Position numbers and translations under genes: made by a program. The notes beneath the pieces are model-generated. The model was given only the letters and a program-made list of their open reading frames with translations. It was not told the origin of the DNA and ran no database searches. A DNA stretch of 63,998 nucleotides, counting the filler, from Diploschistes diacapsis (lineage: Eukaryota): NCBI GenBank assembly GCA_023645945.1. It is 8 parts of 8 records of this genome, joined end to end, with 100 filler letters (N's around TTAATTAATTAA, not from the genome) between each part and the next. Parts side by side here need not be neighbours in the genome. Positions count along the whole stretch, not along the records: positions 20,901 to 48,497 come from JALAIB010000160.1; 7 more parts are not named here. One strand, given 5' to 3'. Shown piece after piece: positions 24,165-36,580 of this stretch. The number at the start of each line of letters is the position of its first letter. Within the stretch, counting starts at the first letter, position 1.

Positions 24165-27100
24165 ATGGTTGCACCTCCTCCCCACCTAATCTTATGCGGT
24201 CCTCAAAACAATTCCTTCTCGCAGGAGCAACTGCTTAATCTTCATCATGTCTTGGCGAGTCACCACACCATTTATACGAGCCTCGAGTTGGCCGTCGATT
24301 GCGTACCTTCTCTGCTGGAAAGGGTTAGGAGGACGGATCCTACGCTGATCCTTGGGCAATCAACTGTTATCAACGGACCCCTGATCCAATGGCTGTCTTC
24401 CGGTAGACTCAACGAGCGTTCCGACACGCTCTCTAACACAGCTTCTCTGCCCCTTACAGTCTGTCTCCAGATTGCACAGTATCTTCAATCTCTGAAGTCG
24501 AAGGGTGTCTCGTCCAATGACTACCGGCATGTTCTCCAAGACCTGCAGCAACATGGTGCTCAAGGTTTCTGTGCAGGATTCCTTACTGCTGCCGCGATTG
24601 CCTTCTCTGAAAATGAAAAGCAACTGGCCGAAAACGTAGCTACCAGTGTTAGGCTGGCAGCCTGCATTGGTGCATATGTTGATGACAACTCGGCATCGGG
24701 GCCCGCAACAGTACTCTCCGCCAGATGGAAGCAAGGTGGTTCTTCCTTGTCAGAGTTAAACAGCGTTTTAAATCACTATCCAGGCGTAAGTTGTACTCCC
24801 ATTATACGCAACAGCCACATTAAAATGGCGAATGAAAGCTAACAGTAACCTCAAGGCCTACGTATCTTGCATCACGGACGAAAAATGTGTTACCGTCACC
24901 GCCTCTGCTGGTGATGAGACTTCCCTCATAGCGGCCTTGAAAGCCGTCGGAGCGCGTGTCAAGAAAGTCGACATCACCGGCCGTTTCCACAGGTTGGACA
25001 TCTACTCCGACGCTGCCCTAAAATTGACCAAGATCACCAAATCTACTCCAGGCTTGCAGTTCCCGGCCGCATCCGAGCTTAAGCTTCCCCTACGCTCAAA
25101 TGCTACGGGCGAGCTTATCACTGAGGAGATTTCTGTCACGAACCTTGCAATCGAGTCCATCCTATTAAGAACGGCCGACTGGTATGGTACTGTGCGCCAG
25201 AGTCTTGCTTGCCATCCAACTTCTTACCCATCCATCACGACTTTGGCGTTCAATGAGGCTGTCGTGCCAACGAGCCTTATGCAGGGGCAAGAGGTAAATG
25301 GTATGCAGCACATTGATCACGGCGTAACGAACGGACATAACGGTAATGGCGCAATCAACGGGCTAAAGGGCACGCCACACAGCAAGCGCATATTGAATGG
25401 CGCAGCGTCCAAGTCGGTGTCGAGCCCTACAGGCCTGACTGCAAAGTATCCATCACATGCCGTGGCAGTGATCGGCATGGCTGGCCGTTTCCCGGGCGCT
25501 GACGACGTTGATAAATTCTGGGACCTGCTAGCCTCTGGTGTCTCGATGGTCCGCGAGGCACCCAAGGAACGCCTACCTTTGCATGGCCAACGCCTTGCCG
25601 ATCGACCCATGACCACGTTCTGGGGCAACTTCATTGAGGACCCTGAGAGCTTTGATCACCGCTTCTTCAAGAAGTCGTCCCGTGAGGCTGTTTCCTGGGA
25701 TCCTGAGAAGCGAGTTCTGCTTCAGGTTGTTTACGAAGCTCTAGAGGCCGCCGGCCATTGGGGTCCTCTAGGACAGACTGCTTCCAACGACTATGGATGC
25801 TATATGGGTGTTGTTGCAAATAACTACTACGATAACGTGGCGTGTCACCCCCCCAATGCCTACTCCATGCTAGGTACCTCTCGGGCTTTCTACAGTGGCC
25901 GGATTTCCCACCAGTTCGGTTTCACTGGCCCAGCTATGTCGATCGACACTGCATGCTCGTCCTCGCTGGTTGCTATCAACGCAGCGTGCAAGGCCATTCA
26001 GGCTGGCGAATGTACCAGGGCAGTTGCAGGTGGAACAAATATCTTTACCAGTCCATATGACTACCAGAATCTCGCCGCCGCCGGCTTCCTGAGCCCCTCG
26101 GGTGGTTGTAAGCCCTTTGACGCATCGGCCGACGGCTATTGCAGAGGTGAGGGTGTGGCTGCCGTTGTCCTAAAGTCTCTCGACCAAGCCATAGCAGAGG
26201 GCGACAACGTGCTGGGTGTCATTGTTGGCTCGGCTGTCAATCAGAACCACAACGATGCCCACATCACCGTGCCCTGCGCCTCGTCACAGACGACCGTCTT
26301 CAAGAAGGTGCTTGATATGGCCGGCGTTGAGCCCTCCGAGGTCTCCTATGTGGAAGCGCACGGCACGGGAACTCAAATTGGTGACCCGATCGAAGTCCAG
26401 AGCATCCGTGATACTTTCGGCGGCGCTGACCGTAAGGATAAGCTCTTCTTCGGCTCTGTTAAAGGCCATATTGGCCACACTGAGGCCAGTGCCGGAGTCT
26501 CGGGCCTGATCAAGGTGCTGCTTATGCTGCAGCACCAATCCATCCTCGGCCAGACCGGCTTCTCGAAGTTGAACCCAAAGATTCCAGCTTTGGCTCCGGA
26601 CATGATGGAAGTGCCAACCAAAGTCCAGCCGTGGGCGGTAGACAATCGTCTTGCGTGTGTGAATAGCTACGGTGCTGCTGGCAGTAATGCGGCCGTTGCT
26701 GTGCAGGAGGCAGGCTTCTATGCGAACCCCGAGCCGAGCTCTCGCCGGGCTGCTGCTGCGAAACAGCCATTTTTCCTTTCCGCGGCATCGAAGGGAAGTT
26801 TATCTGCTTATGCTGAGAGACTGCTCGAACGCGTGACTTCGCTCAAGGCTTCTTCGAAGGATGAGAGTGGCTTGCTAAGCGATGTCCTCTTCCATCTCGC
26901 GGATAGGGGCAACCACACTCTCGCCTACACAGTGGCAAAGAATGTTACCGACTTCAACGGCCTGCAACAGATTCTCGACGACATCGTTTCCGGCAAGGAA
27001 GAGCCGCTGGAGGGTGCAGGGAACAGCACTCCACCCGTGATCATGGTTTTCAGTGGGCAGGAGAAGGAATTGGTTGGTCTTTCTCAAGCAGTAATCGACT

Positions 27101-30100
27101 GCTCTAGTTTGTTCAAGAAGCACCTTGATGTCTGCAACTTTGAGGCAGCCAGACTAGGGATTGAGGATCTGCACTCGGCCTTGACCAAAACCCAACCTAT
27201 CAACGAACTTCCCACGCTGCACGCGGCCTTGTTTGCGTCTCAATACGCAACCGCTCAGACCTGGATTGACTCTGGATTGACGGTACGGTCGCTTGTCGGC
27301 CACAGTTTCGGCCAGCTAACTGCCCTCTGTGTCGCCGGCTCCTTGTCCGTGCAAGACGCTCTAACGCTCGTCATTCAGCGTGCCAGGCTCATCCAAAAGC
27401 TTTGGGGGAAAGAGCGTGGTGCTATGATCTCCGTTCAAGCCGATCGTGCTGCTGTCGAGGATCTGATCAGCAAGGCTCAATCTGAAATTGACGACGGGAA
27501 TCTTGAAATTGCTTGTTACAACCACTCAACCAACCACGTTGTCGTTGGCACTACCGCTGCGATTGACGTCTTCGAGAAAACTATCGCCGCACAGCCATCC
27601 ATGAAGGCGAAGAGGCTGAATGTTACGCATGGATTCCACTCTGAACTGTCCGAGCCATTACTGCCGAGCCTTGCGGAGATTGCAAGAGGTCTCCGGTGGC
27701 ATAAGCCTACTATTCATGTCGAGCTTACAACAGAAGCAGCATTAGGCAAGGAACCTGGTGCGTGGCTGGTGCCCGAGCACACAAGAAAGGGCGTATTCTT
27801 CTCATCCGCTGTGGAAAGATTGTCTGAGAAGCACGGCTCCGCTCTCTGGGTTGAGGCAGGCGCCGGCTCTTCGGTCCTGTCGCTTGTCAAGAACACTGTC
27901 TCCGGTAGGGGCAATAACGTGCTGGCTCCAAGCTTCCTTAACAACGCAACCAGCGCCGTCGCCTCAGTTGCGGAGACCGTCGTTGAAATGTGGAAGGCAG
28001 GTGTTTCTGTCCAATATTGGCCCTACCACCGCTCTCAGCGTTCCAGCTACGCACACTTAAGTCTACCGCCATATCAGTTTGAGAAGACCAAGCATTGGCT
28101 GCCATTCGTGGAGCCAACTGCCACCGAATCGGCCAAGGAGCCTGCAGTTGAGCCCACTCCTAGAATCATTACACATCAGTTCCTCTCGCTGCTTGAGAAC
28201 GATGAAGGGAAGAAGGAATCGCTCTTCCTTGTCGACCCCGAGAGCAAGCGATACATGTACCTTCTCAATGGCCACATTGCTTCTAATCAGGCGCTTGCCC
28301 CAGCGTCGCTTTACGTGGAGCTACTCTCGCTCGCGACGCTGAAATTGGTTGAGGGCTCCAGCTACGATACGCACGTCACCAATATGGACGGTGTGAAAAT
28401 GGTGGGTGCGCCGATCGGCCTTGATGCGAAGAAGAATATCTTCATTCGCCTCAAGCGGCGCTCGGACGCACTCAACTATTGGGAGTTTGAGTTCTTCAGC
28501 AAGTCCAAGGCTGGCGACGAGCCACCCCAGACGCACACCCTTGGTAATGTCGGTCTGGATAGGAGGGACGACCCGCTCTTGAAGGAAACGATTATCCGTT
28601 GGAGCGCTCTGATCGACTACAACCGTTGCTTGTCACTCATGAAAGACGATACTACCGAGAGCATGTCTGGCAAGCACATTTACATCGCCCTCCAGCGTCT
28701 TATCTACTTCGACGAAATGTACCACGGAATAAAAAGCATCGCTTACCAAGGCCACCATGCCGCAGGAAAGGTTGCTGCGACTCTGGACCCAAGTCTGGAT
28801 CCCAAGTTCGCTTTGTACGATACCCCAACGATTGATGGCATGATGCAATTCGCTGGAGTGCTGGTGAACTATTTTGCCCACCCTAGCGGGAAGGAAGTCT
28901 TGCTCTGCCAGGGCATTCAGCGTGTCGTGACCGGTGGATCCTTCGATATCGCTGCCAAAGAGTGGATTGCCTACTCCCTGCTCACTGAGGACAGTGATGA
29001 GCGTACCGTCGCCGATGTCTACATCTTCGACAAGAAATCAAAGCAGGTAGTCATTGCCTTCATGGGCTTCATTTTCACTCGAACTTCCGTTTCCATGCTG
29101 CAACGTTCTCTTCGTAGCGTCAACTCCGGTGGCGCTCCTGCGCCAGCTGCTGCGCCTGCTCTGCCACTTCCCAAACCTACTGCTGCAGCTGGTAAAGCCA
29201 GTAATAAGCCGAGCAACAAGCCAAGGATCTACGAAATAATATCCAGTGTCACTGATGTCCCTGTTGAGGAGCTAGCAGATAGCGCATCCCTAGAAGACCT
29301 TGGCATTGATTCCTTGCTCGTCACTGAGGTTCTAAACGAAATTCATGATGCCCTCGGTCTCGAAATTGACCTCAACGACTTTCTCTTCTTCCCCACCCTC
29401 GGTCACGTCTGCCAATGGGCTGATAGCGCCCTCGGAAGTGGCGGCGACGCCGAATCTCCTGAGGTTCCTGCTGCAGCTGACAGCGTGGCTGCCGGCAAAG
29501 AAGTTACGGCTACAGCGGCCAATGGAGACACTTCTCGCCCACCACTTATTGAAGCCCGCCAGGTCTTCGCCGACTGCAAATCAGCCTACTCCGACTCCAC
29601 CATCGATACCGGCGCCGCCAGTTTCTGGTCAAACGTCTATCCAGAGCAGGCCGCCCTTGTCCTAGCCTACGTTGCGGAGGCCTTTGCTAAGCTGGGCTGC
29701 GACATGACCGCCCTCTCCGCCGGTGCCGAGGCTCCGCAAATCTACGGCAAGACCCTCGACCGCCACGCTAAACTCGTGGCTCAATACTACAAAGTGCTCG
29801 AGGACGGCGGATACCTTGAAGATGGGGCTGGCAAGCTCGTCCGCACGAGCAAGCCGGTCGACACCACGCCCGCTAATACGCTGTACGAGAAGATTATACC
29901 CAAGTGGCCGCAGCATGCGAACGTGCACAAGATCGTGCAGGCTGTTGGCAGTCAGCTTGCCGCATGTCTAACGGGAGAAGCAGATGGCCTGCAAATCGTG
30001 TTTGGAAATAAGGAGAACAAGAAAGCTCTTGATGACTTGTACGAGAACTGGCCTCTCGTGCGCTCCGGCTCCGTCGCTCTGGGCAGCTACCTTGAGACCC

Positions 30101-30663
30101 TATTTAGCAAGTCCATTGCACCGGCCAAGTATCGCATACTGGAAGTCGGCGCCGGCACTGGTGGTACGACACGATACATAGTACGCCACCTGCAGAAACT
30201 CGGCATTCCTTTCGAGTACGTCTTCACCGACCTATCGGCCTCGCTCATCGCGCAGGCGAAGCGCACATTCAAGGATTGCCCCGAGATGGAGTTTGCGACG
30301 CTTGATATCGAAAAGGAGCCCCCAGAGAAATGGGTGAATGATTTCCACATCATCATCTCCACGAACTGCATCCATGCAACGCACGACTTGACGGTGTCTT
30401 TAAGCTCGCTGAGGAAGTTGCTTCGAGACGATGGCGCGTTGACGCTGGTCGAGATCACGCAGAACATGTTCTGGCTTGATATTGCCGTTGGTCTGTTTGA
30501 GGGCTGGTGGCTAATGGAGGATGGCAGAACGCATGCCGTGACGCATCAGGATCGATGGAAGAAGGACATGCTGACTGCTGGGTTTGCGGATGTGGATTGG
30601 ACGGATGGACCGGATAAGGAGGCGCAGACTATTAGGGTCATCGCTGGGTTTGCTAGCAAGTGA
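24165..30663 (+). CDS. Non-reducing polyketide synthase SAT-KS-AT-PT-ACP-cMT, no terminal TE or R domain (2142 aa)
   Basis: Exon 1 24165-24785, intron 24786-24855, exon 2 to TGA 30663. SAT GFCAG; KS DTACSSS/EAHGTGT/KGHIGH; AT GHSFG/HGFHS; PT LNGH...DGMMQ; ACP LGIDSLL; cMT LEVGAGTGG; protein ends at the cMT end (..RVIAGFASK*). Confidence 0.95.
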
Positions 30664-31062
30664 GGAAGAAGGCTTGGGGAAATTGTTTTTGTGTATGTAG
30701 TTTCGAATCGGAATTTATTGGCTCTATCGATAGTCTGAAATGAGATCACGTTCTCAATTGCATACATGGATATTTGTCTTTCCTCTTCTCCTTAACAAGA
30801 CCACCTTATCGAACGGGCAGCCTATAGTATTACAAACCACGTTCGCGACAGCACACAATCAAGAGAGCTGGAGCATCGGCATGGCGAGGTGACCCCAAAC
30901 AACGGGTCATGTCAGCCGCGCGTGGTTGCCACGTGGTTGATCGACGTTTGGATGCCAAGTTAAATGCAAAGTGTTCCTGGACCAATCTACCCCGATGGGC
31001 CAATGCTCAAGAATCCACTCGCGTTCCCAGATATTGAAGCTCGGAAATCTGAGGCTAAGCTG

Positions 31063-31099
31063 GATGAAGATGAAGAAGAAGAAGAAGAAGAAGAAGAAG
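31063..31099 (+). repeat. (GAA)n microsatellite
   Basis: gatgaagatgaagaagaagaagaagaagaagaagaag between PKS and MFS. Confidence 0.9.
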
Positions 31100-31518
31100 C
31101 AGGTGCCAACTTCTGCTACGAAGGCTGAGCTAAATACTACTGCCGAGGCATCAGCTCCTGCCTGAAACAACCCCCAGCCTAACAGTAAGACTCTACCCTA
31201 GGCTATATATATATATCTATCTATCGATCGATCTATCGTGATGGCCGGCGTTAGCAAGCTGGGAGGACGCGACGCCGACGCCATGCCGAGCTGCCGAGCG
31301 GAATAAGAATAAGCTGCGCTGAGAGATGTAACGTTAATATGTAACCCTCTAACGGTCTGATGTAGGTTTGATGTAGGTTTATCGTGTCCGATGCCTTCTA
31401 TGTTCTCTTCCCGTTCTTGGGCATCTCTAGTCATTCCTTTCTTCCATTCTCTCCTTTTCTAAACTTACAGTATCATCACCCGAACGGCGGACACTCTTCG
31501 TTCCAGCAAGAAGACGAG

Positions 31519-33153
31519 ATGACTAGCACAGCAACACAAACGGAGGTCGCCGAGCCTCAACTCTCGAGTTCAAGAGACAGGGACAGACTTCACAATGCAC
31601 TACGGTCGACAGTCAGCCTTTCCGCGAGCTCTCTTGATGAAGACAGATATCCAAGCAGTTTCAGCATTCCTATACAACATCCGGGCAGTGTCGACATTCC
31701 TATGAGCAATATTGGTCTCGCTGTGTTCAATTCCACGGACGACATCCGTGGATCTGCCATCCTAAGCCCAAGAATAAGAGAACAACCGTCCGGCGAAGCA
31801 CTATTCTCTCGCCTCGTCGCTTTCGACAAGCCCAGCGACCCCCTCAACCCTAAAGACTGGTCCATGGCCGCAAAGTTCAGCGCCACTGTTATCGTATCTG
31901 GCTTCGCATTCCTATCCCCTGTCGCATCCTCCATGGTCGCGCCGGCGCTTCCCCCTCTCGCAGCCGATCTGCACATTACCACGTCTATTGAAGAGGCTCT
32001 CGTCCTTTCCATTTTCCTCTTGGCCTACGCCATCGGGCCTCTGCTTATTGGGCCTCTGTCGGAAATCTACGGTCGCGTGCCGGTCCTCCAGCTCTCGAAT
32101 TTCTTCTTCATCATTTTCAACATGGCTTGTGGCTTCTGCCAGACCCCGGCACAGATCATCATCTGCCGCTTCTTAGCCGGTATTGGGGGCGCCGCCCCGA
32201 TCAGTATCGCCGGCGGCGTGATCGGAGACTGCTGGAACGCAGAGCAGCGCGGGCGCGCTCTTGCCATCTACTCCGTCGCACCCCTCATCGGGCCTGCCGT
32301 CGGCCCCATCGCCGGCGCCTGGATCAGCCAAACCACAACCTGGCGCTGGGTATTCTGGTCCTCGTCCATCTTCAGCGTCATCATACAAGGCCTCGGCCTC
32401 ATCTTCCTGCGCGAAACCTACGCCCCTAAAATCCTCCAACTAAAAGCCAAGCGCCTCCGCCAGGAAACCGGCGACGCGAACTGGCACGTAGCGAAGGACC
32501 CCAAAGCCGACCCGGACCTGTCTCTCCTCGTCAAGCTCCGCACCAGCATCCAGCGCCCCATCATCATGCTGACCACGCAATCCATCGTCATTGTCGTCTC
32601 CCTCTACATGGCCTACGTCTACGGCATAACCTACCTCGTCCTCTCCTCCTTCGCCAGCCTCTTCACATCCCCCGCCTACTACTCCATGCCCGCCGGCATT
32701 GCCGGCCTGAACTACATCGCTCTGGGCCTGGGCTACGTCACCGGCGCCGAGCTCACCGCCCGCCTAAACGACCGCACCTACCGCAGCCTCAAGAGGAAAA
32801 GCGGCTCGGAGCGCGGCCAGCCCGAATTCCGCGTCCCCGGGATGGTCCCCTGCGCCATCCTCCTGCCCATCGGCTTCCTGTTCTACGGCTGGACGGCCGC
32901 GACGCACCAGCACTGGATCCTGCCCGACATCGGCGCCTTTCTGATCGCCGTCGGCACCGTCAGCGGCATGCAGAGCATGCAGGCGTACGTCGTCGACACG
33001 TACACGCGGTACGCGGCGAGCGCCATGGCCGCCGCCATGGTGCTGAGGAGTCTCGCCGGCTTTGGCTTTCCGCTGTTTGCGCCCATCATGTACGAGTCGC
33101 TCGGGTACGGCTGGGGGAATACGGTGCTTGCGGGGGCCGCGCGCAACTGGTGA
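31519..33153 (+). CDS. MFS multidrug transporter, DHA1 family; C-terminus atypical or truncated
   Basis: DPLNPKDWS, GPLSEIYGR, RFLAGIGG, GPAVGPIAG, WRWVFW, ETYAP, PEFR, GFGFPLFA, LGYGWGN. Confidence 0.92.
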   Translation: MTSTATQTEVAEPQLSSSRDRDRLHNALRSTVSLSASSLDEDRYPSSFSIPIQHPGSVDIPMSNIGLAVFNSTDDIRGSAILSPRIREQPSGEALFSRLVAFDKPSDPLNPKDWSMAAKFSATVIVSGFAFLSPVASSMVAPALPPLAADLHITTSIEEALVLSIFLLAYAIGPLLIGPLSEIYGRVPVLQLSNFFFIIFNMACGFCQTPAQIIICRFLAGIGGAAPISIAGGVIGDCWNAEQRGRALAIYSVAPLIGPAVGPIAGAWISQTTTWRWVFWSSSIFSVIIQGLGLIFLRETYAPKILQLKAKRLRQETGDANWHVAKDPKADPDLSLLVKLRTSIQRPIIMLTTQSIVIVVSLYMAYVYGITYLVLSSFASLFTSPAYYSMPAGIAGLNYIALGLGYVTGAELTARLNDRTYRSLKRKSGSERGQPEFRVPGMVPCAILLPIGFLFYGWTAATHQHWILPDIGAFLIAVGTVSGMQSMQAYVVDTYTRYAASAMAAAMVLRSLAGFGFPLFAPIMYESLGYGWGNTVLAGAARNW

Positions 33154-33699
33154 GATGGATGTTTAATATATAATAATGTATTAATCTTTTTTTTGGCCGG
33201 TCGCTTTTTTATGTGGCATATTCTTGAATTGCGGAAATCTTATGCGTTTGTTGATTTTGTTTCCCATGATATAGAGTGTGACCCCGTGTTGCTGACCATT
33301 TATTTTAGTTCGATAATTTTGCCCGAAAGCCCCTGGTTTGAACTATTTATTCAAGTTGCGTTATTGAATACAGTACCAATGCTGGTGTATTTATAATAAT
33401 ACATGTTAACAACTATTAATGAAATGCGGCCTTTGCGCTGCCACCACGATTCATGACAAATATACTAAAAGCTGATGAAGAAGAAAAAAAAAGATATCCA
33501 CAGCTATTAAAACAACAGAAGGCGGATTAGACAAAAACCAGAAAACGTTAATAAACATAGATAGGGGGCAGATCACCATACTATACGGAAAAATCTCAAG
33601 TAAAAGATAAAAAGGCATGGGATTGTGAATCTCGGTCGTGGGGGGGGGAGGTGTCCTCTGGAAGGACCCCCCCCTTTTCACCGACCACGGGCTATCAAC

Positions 33700-35200
33700 G
33701 TTTTTATGTTTACAGTAGCAGTGGCAGAGTCGAACCCACGACCCACAAAGGTCTGCCAGCAGTCCTCTTCGCCATTCAAACCATGTGCCGCCAACTGACG
33801 AACCCTTTTACGAGTAAGCTGGGTTGGAGTCAGCACGGGCATCGAAAGCAACGGCCGAGACGATGGATATGGCTATCGTAGCTTCAGTACTAACAGGCGG
33901 CGCGTTGGGGTTTTGAGATCACGGGTCCCGTGCCTGGTAAAAGGGGCGATGGGCTTGTAGCGACTCCTGTTGAGAACTCAGGAAACAGCACTTGTTGTAC
34001 AAAAGGTTTCGAGCACTCGTAGTTAGTTATTATATAGGCTTCCTGAAAAAAAGCTCGTCCAAGTGTATACTGGGATTCATTCAATGCTTGTCCCAGTGGA
34101 GAATATCGCGTGTTTTTTGTCGTGATTCCAGGGTAATCACGTGTGAGGCTGAAATCAAAAGTCGCAGAAGGGAGACCGATGTTGATGGTGGGCGTTTTTC
34201 TCGTCAAGTCATTAGTTAATATGATTCTGCTCGAGGAACGCAATATGAACAGTATCGTGGACAAAAGTACAAACCGTTTGTGGAATTGAAGGTGAGGTTA
34301 AAAGCCGATTGAAAAGCGTCACGTGCGGCCTTGAGTAGCCAGATATGAGGGACCCCAGAGTCCAGAAACGCTTTAATGGGCTCGCCGAGAAGATTCCGGG
34401 ACGTTGTGTCTGCCGTTATCGAAATCTCTTGCAACTTCTGTAGCAAACTTGCACGTCGTATTGTGAGCCACATGTCGGTTGCCATCGGAGCCTCCGAACG
34501 TGAGACTAGCGAAGCCGGACTTGCCAATTTGACTTCGATAGTGTGCCCCAGCTGCGTAACCCCAAGACCTGCTGGATAAGGCTCGAGTTCTTGAGATTTG
34601 TCACCAGTGAGAGATACCTGTTGCTCATATCCGTGAGGTTCATCTCGTCAGGTCGAATACCCCAGTTGGCGGGAAAAAAATCTTCAGAAACGATTCCAGC
34701 GATGAGCTGATTGGACAGCATGATATTGCCCGCCTGCGAGCTAGGAAGTCCAAGTGTGACATTGTCCCATCCAAAGTTCCCCTAACCCTGCTGCCGAGAT
34801 CCTACTCGATCAGTAGCGAATAAAGGCCGCTATCTTTCCATCAAGTTGAAATATTCTTGTTAAAAGTCCACCTCGATTATACGGGCAGGCAGCTGGAAGG
34901 TTCGAATTGCAAGCCTGTGGAACCACTGCGTTCGGCAGTGTCGCTGTCGTGGAGATGAGCAGATTCAGACACTGGGGAGGCGTGCCAATGCCGACTTGGA
35001 AAAGGTTCCACGGCCCGTCCTTGCCAAACCTGGACGCAAAATCTGTAATATTTGTTCTTCAAATCAACGGAGTCATATGTGTACTTACTAATTCGGGCAA
35101 GGTGCTATTGACAGTGGAGTAGGGTTCGAGCTACTTCCAGAAGCAAACGCTTGAGCAAGAGGCTTCTGAGCAGAAGTAGCCCGGCATAGCCATGGCATTA
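33700..35200 (-). pseudogene. Degenerate A1-type aspartic protease-like gene
   Basis: Fragments DGPWNLFQVGIGTPPQ, FLDSGVPHIWL, TLGRAFFQEAYIITNYE spread over frames with stops and frameshifts. Confidence 0.7.
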
Positions 35201-36151
35201 GGGTCCAGCTTGTCTTTCTTGAGAACGTAAAATCAGAGATTTGGGAAGCCTCTCGAGGTACTTAGCCAAAACCTATTGTCGGATGCGATCACCATGACCC
35301 AAGCATGCGAAATCGAACGAGGCGTGCGAAGGTTTACATTGCACCATATGAGAGGCTAAAGAGCATGCCATAGTCTCAAGGCATCTTACAAACAACGCAG
35401 CAGTTGGAGTCTGGGGTTATCGCTCAGAGGTGACTTCTGACAGAACGGTTGCATACAGAAACTCCGCCTGAAGGCAAGCTCTGAGTGGGTATGTACTGTA
35501 CTTGTTGGCCATCGGAGATAGAGGCAAGCACGCACAGCCTTGTCGTGTGATCTCCCTTCATGGATCAACTAATGCCTCTCGAACCTCAACAGGCTGTGCT
35601 ATTTCAGCAGCAGCTTCCATTTGTCGTTTCATGTGCCTTTTTCTTTCTATCTGCAGCAGCATCTTGATGCTCTAAATATTGACAGGCGGCCTAGTGTTGC
35701 ATTATTTCTTCGTTTTGCGATGCATAACCAACTGTACGAGTACGCATGATTTTGATTCGGTAGCCTGGCGCTGTTGTACGGCACACGTCGATGAGGCCGG
35801 TGTGCCTCCCAACTACCTCTGCAAAGCTTCGATCGTTCTCCAGAAAAACGCTATCTCCAACCCCATATGCCGCCATTTTATGAAGTGAATCCAACAATGC
35901 GAGATGCAGACTGAGGTTTCCTTGCTTCCAATCCCGCCTGCATGACTTAAATAACGTAGAGTGCTGTCTACTGCAGGGGCTGAACGTACATGAGGGCTAC
36001 TTGCCCAAGTCATGCCTTGCCGCCTGCTGCGCCGACAGTTGAGATCTGGCGAAGGATTTATGCTTAAGAAGCTCTGTAGCCGAACATCACTTTATAGCTT
36101 GGCTATCGACACTCAGATGTTCCTGTAATAAGTTAGAATACTAACCTCAAC

Positions 36152-36580
36152 ATGTTGAGAGTCATCTATTCAATCTCGTTTGTGTTCTTGTGCCTTGTTG
36201 GCTTCGGCTTAGGCAATGCATCAGTGGTAGCTGAAGAAGCATTTATTCTTGAGAGGGGCGAACCAACAGTACCGCAGAGGATAAGCGTCCCCAAAAAGCA
36301 TGGGAACGACTGAGAATCACGCTCAAATCTTTCGCCACCGGAAATAACACTGCCGGCGGCAAATGTCCTGGAGAAGCGTGCATTGACCCAGAATCATGCT
36401 TAAGTTACCATCGCCGAGCACCGACGAGACAGATATGCATCTCCCGGAATCTTTCAGCTCAGAACGTTTGGTCCAACTACCCGCTCAAAGTCCGGAATAT
36501 CGAGCCACGATGCGGACGCGGAAGCATCGTATCCTCAAGGTTGGAAACAACACATCTCAGGGTCGCGGTGGCGGTGACGT
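36152..36580 (+). pseudogene. Possible decayed small secreted pre-pro-protein
   Basis: Signal-peptide-like MLRVIYSISFVFLCLVGFGLG; in-frame TGA at 36311; same frame continues to NVLEKR-AL (Kex2-like site), then TAA. Confidence 0.3.

Noticed and set aside
25317..30467. Numerous short antisense or alternate-frame ORFs inside the PKS (likewise in the MFS, SPO71 and RED-like genes)
   Set aside because: Shadow ORFs expected in GC-rich coding DNA; no recognisable motifs
30907..31170. Poly-K/poly-F ORFs between PKS and MFS as genes or a detached release domain
   Set aside because: Products of the (GAA)n microsatellite; no TE or R motifs
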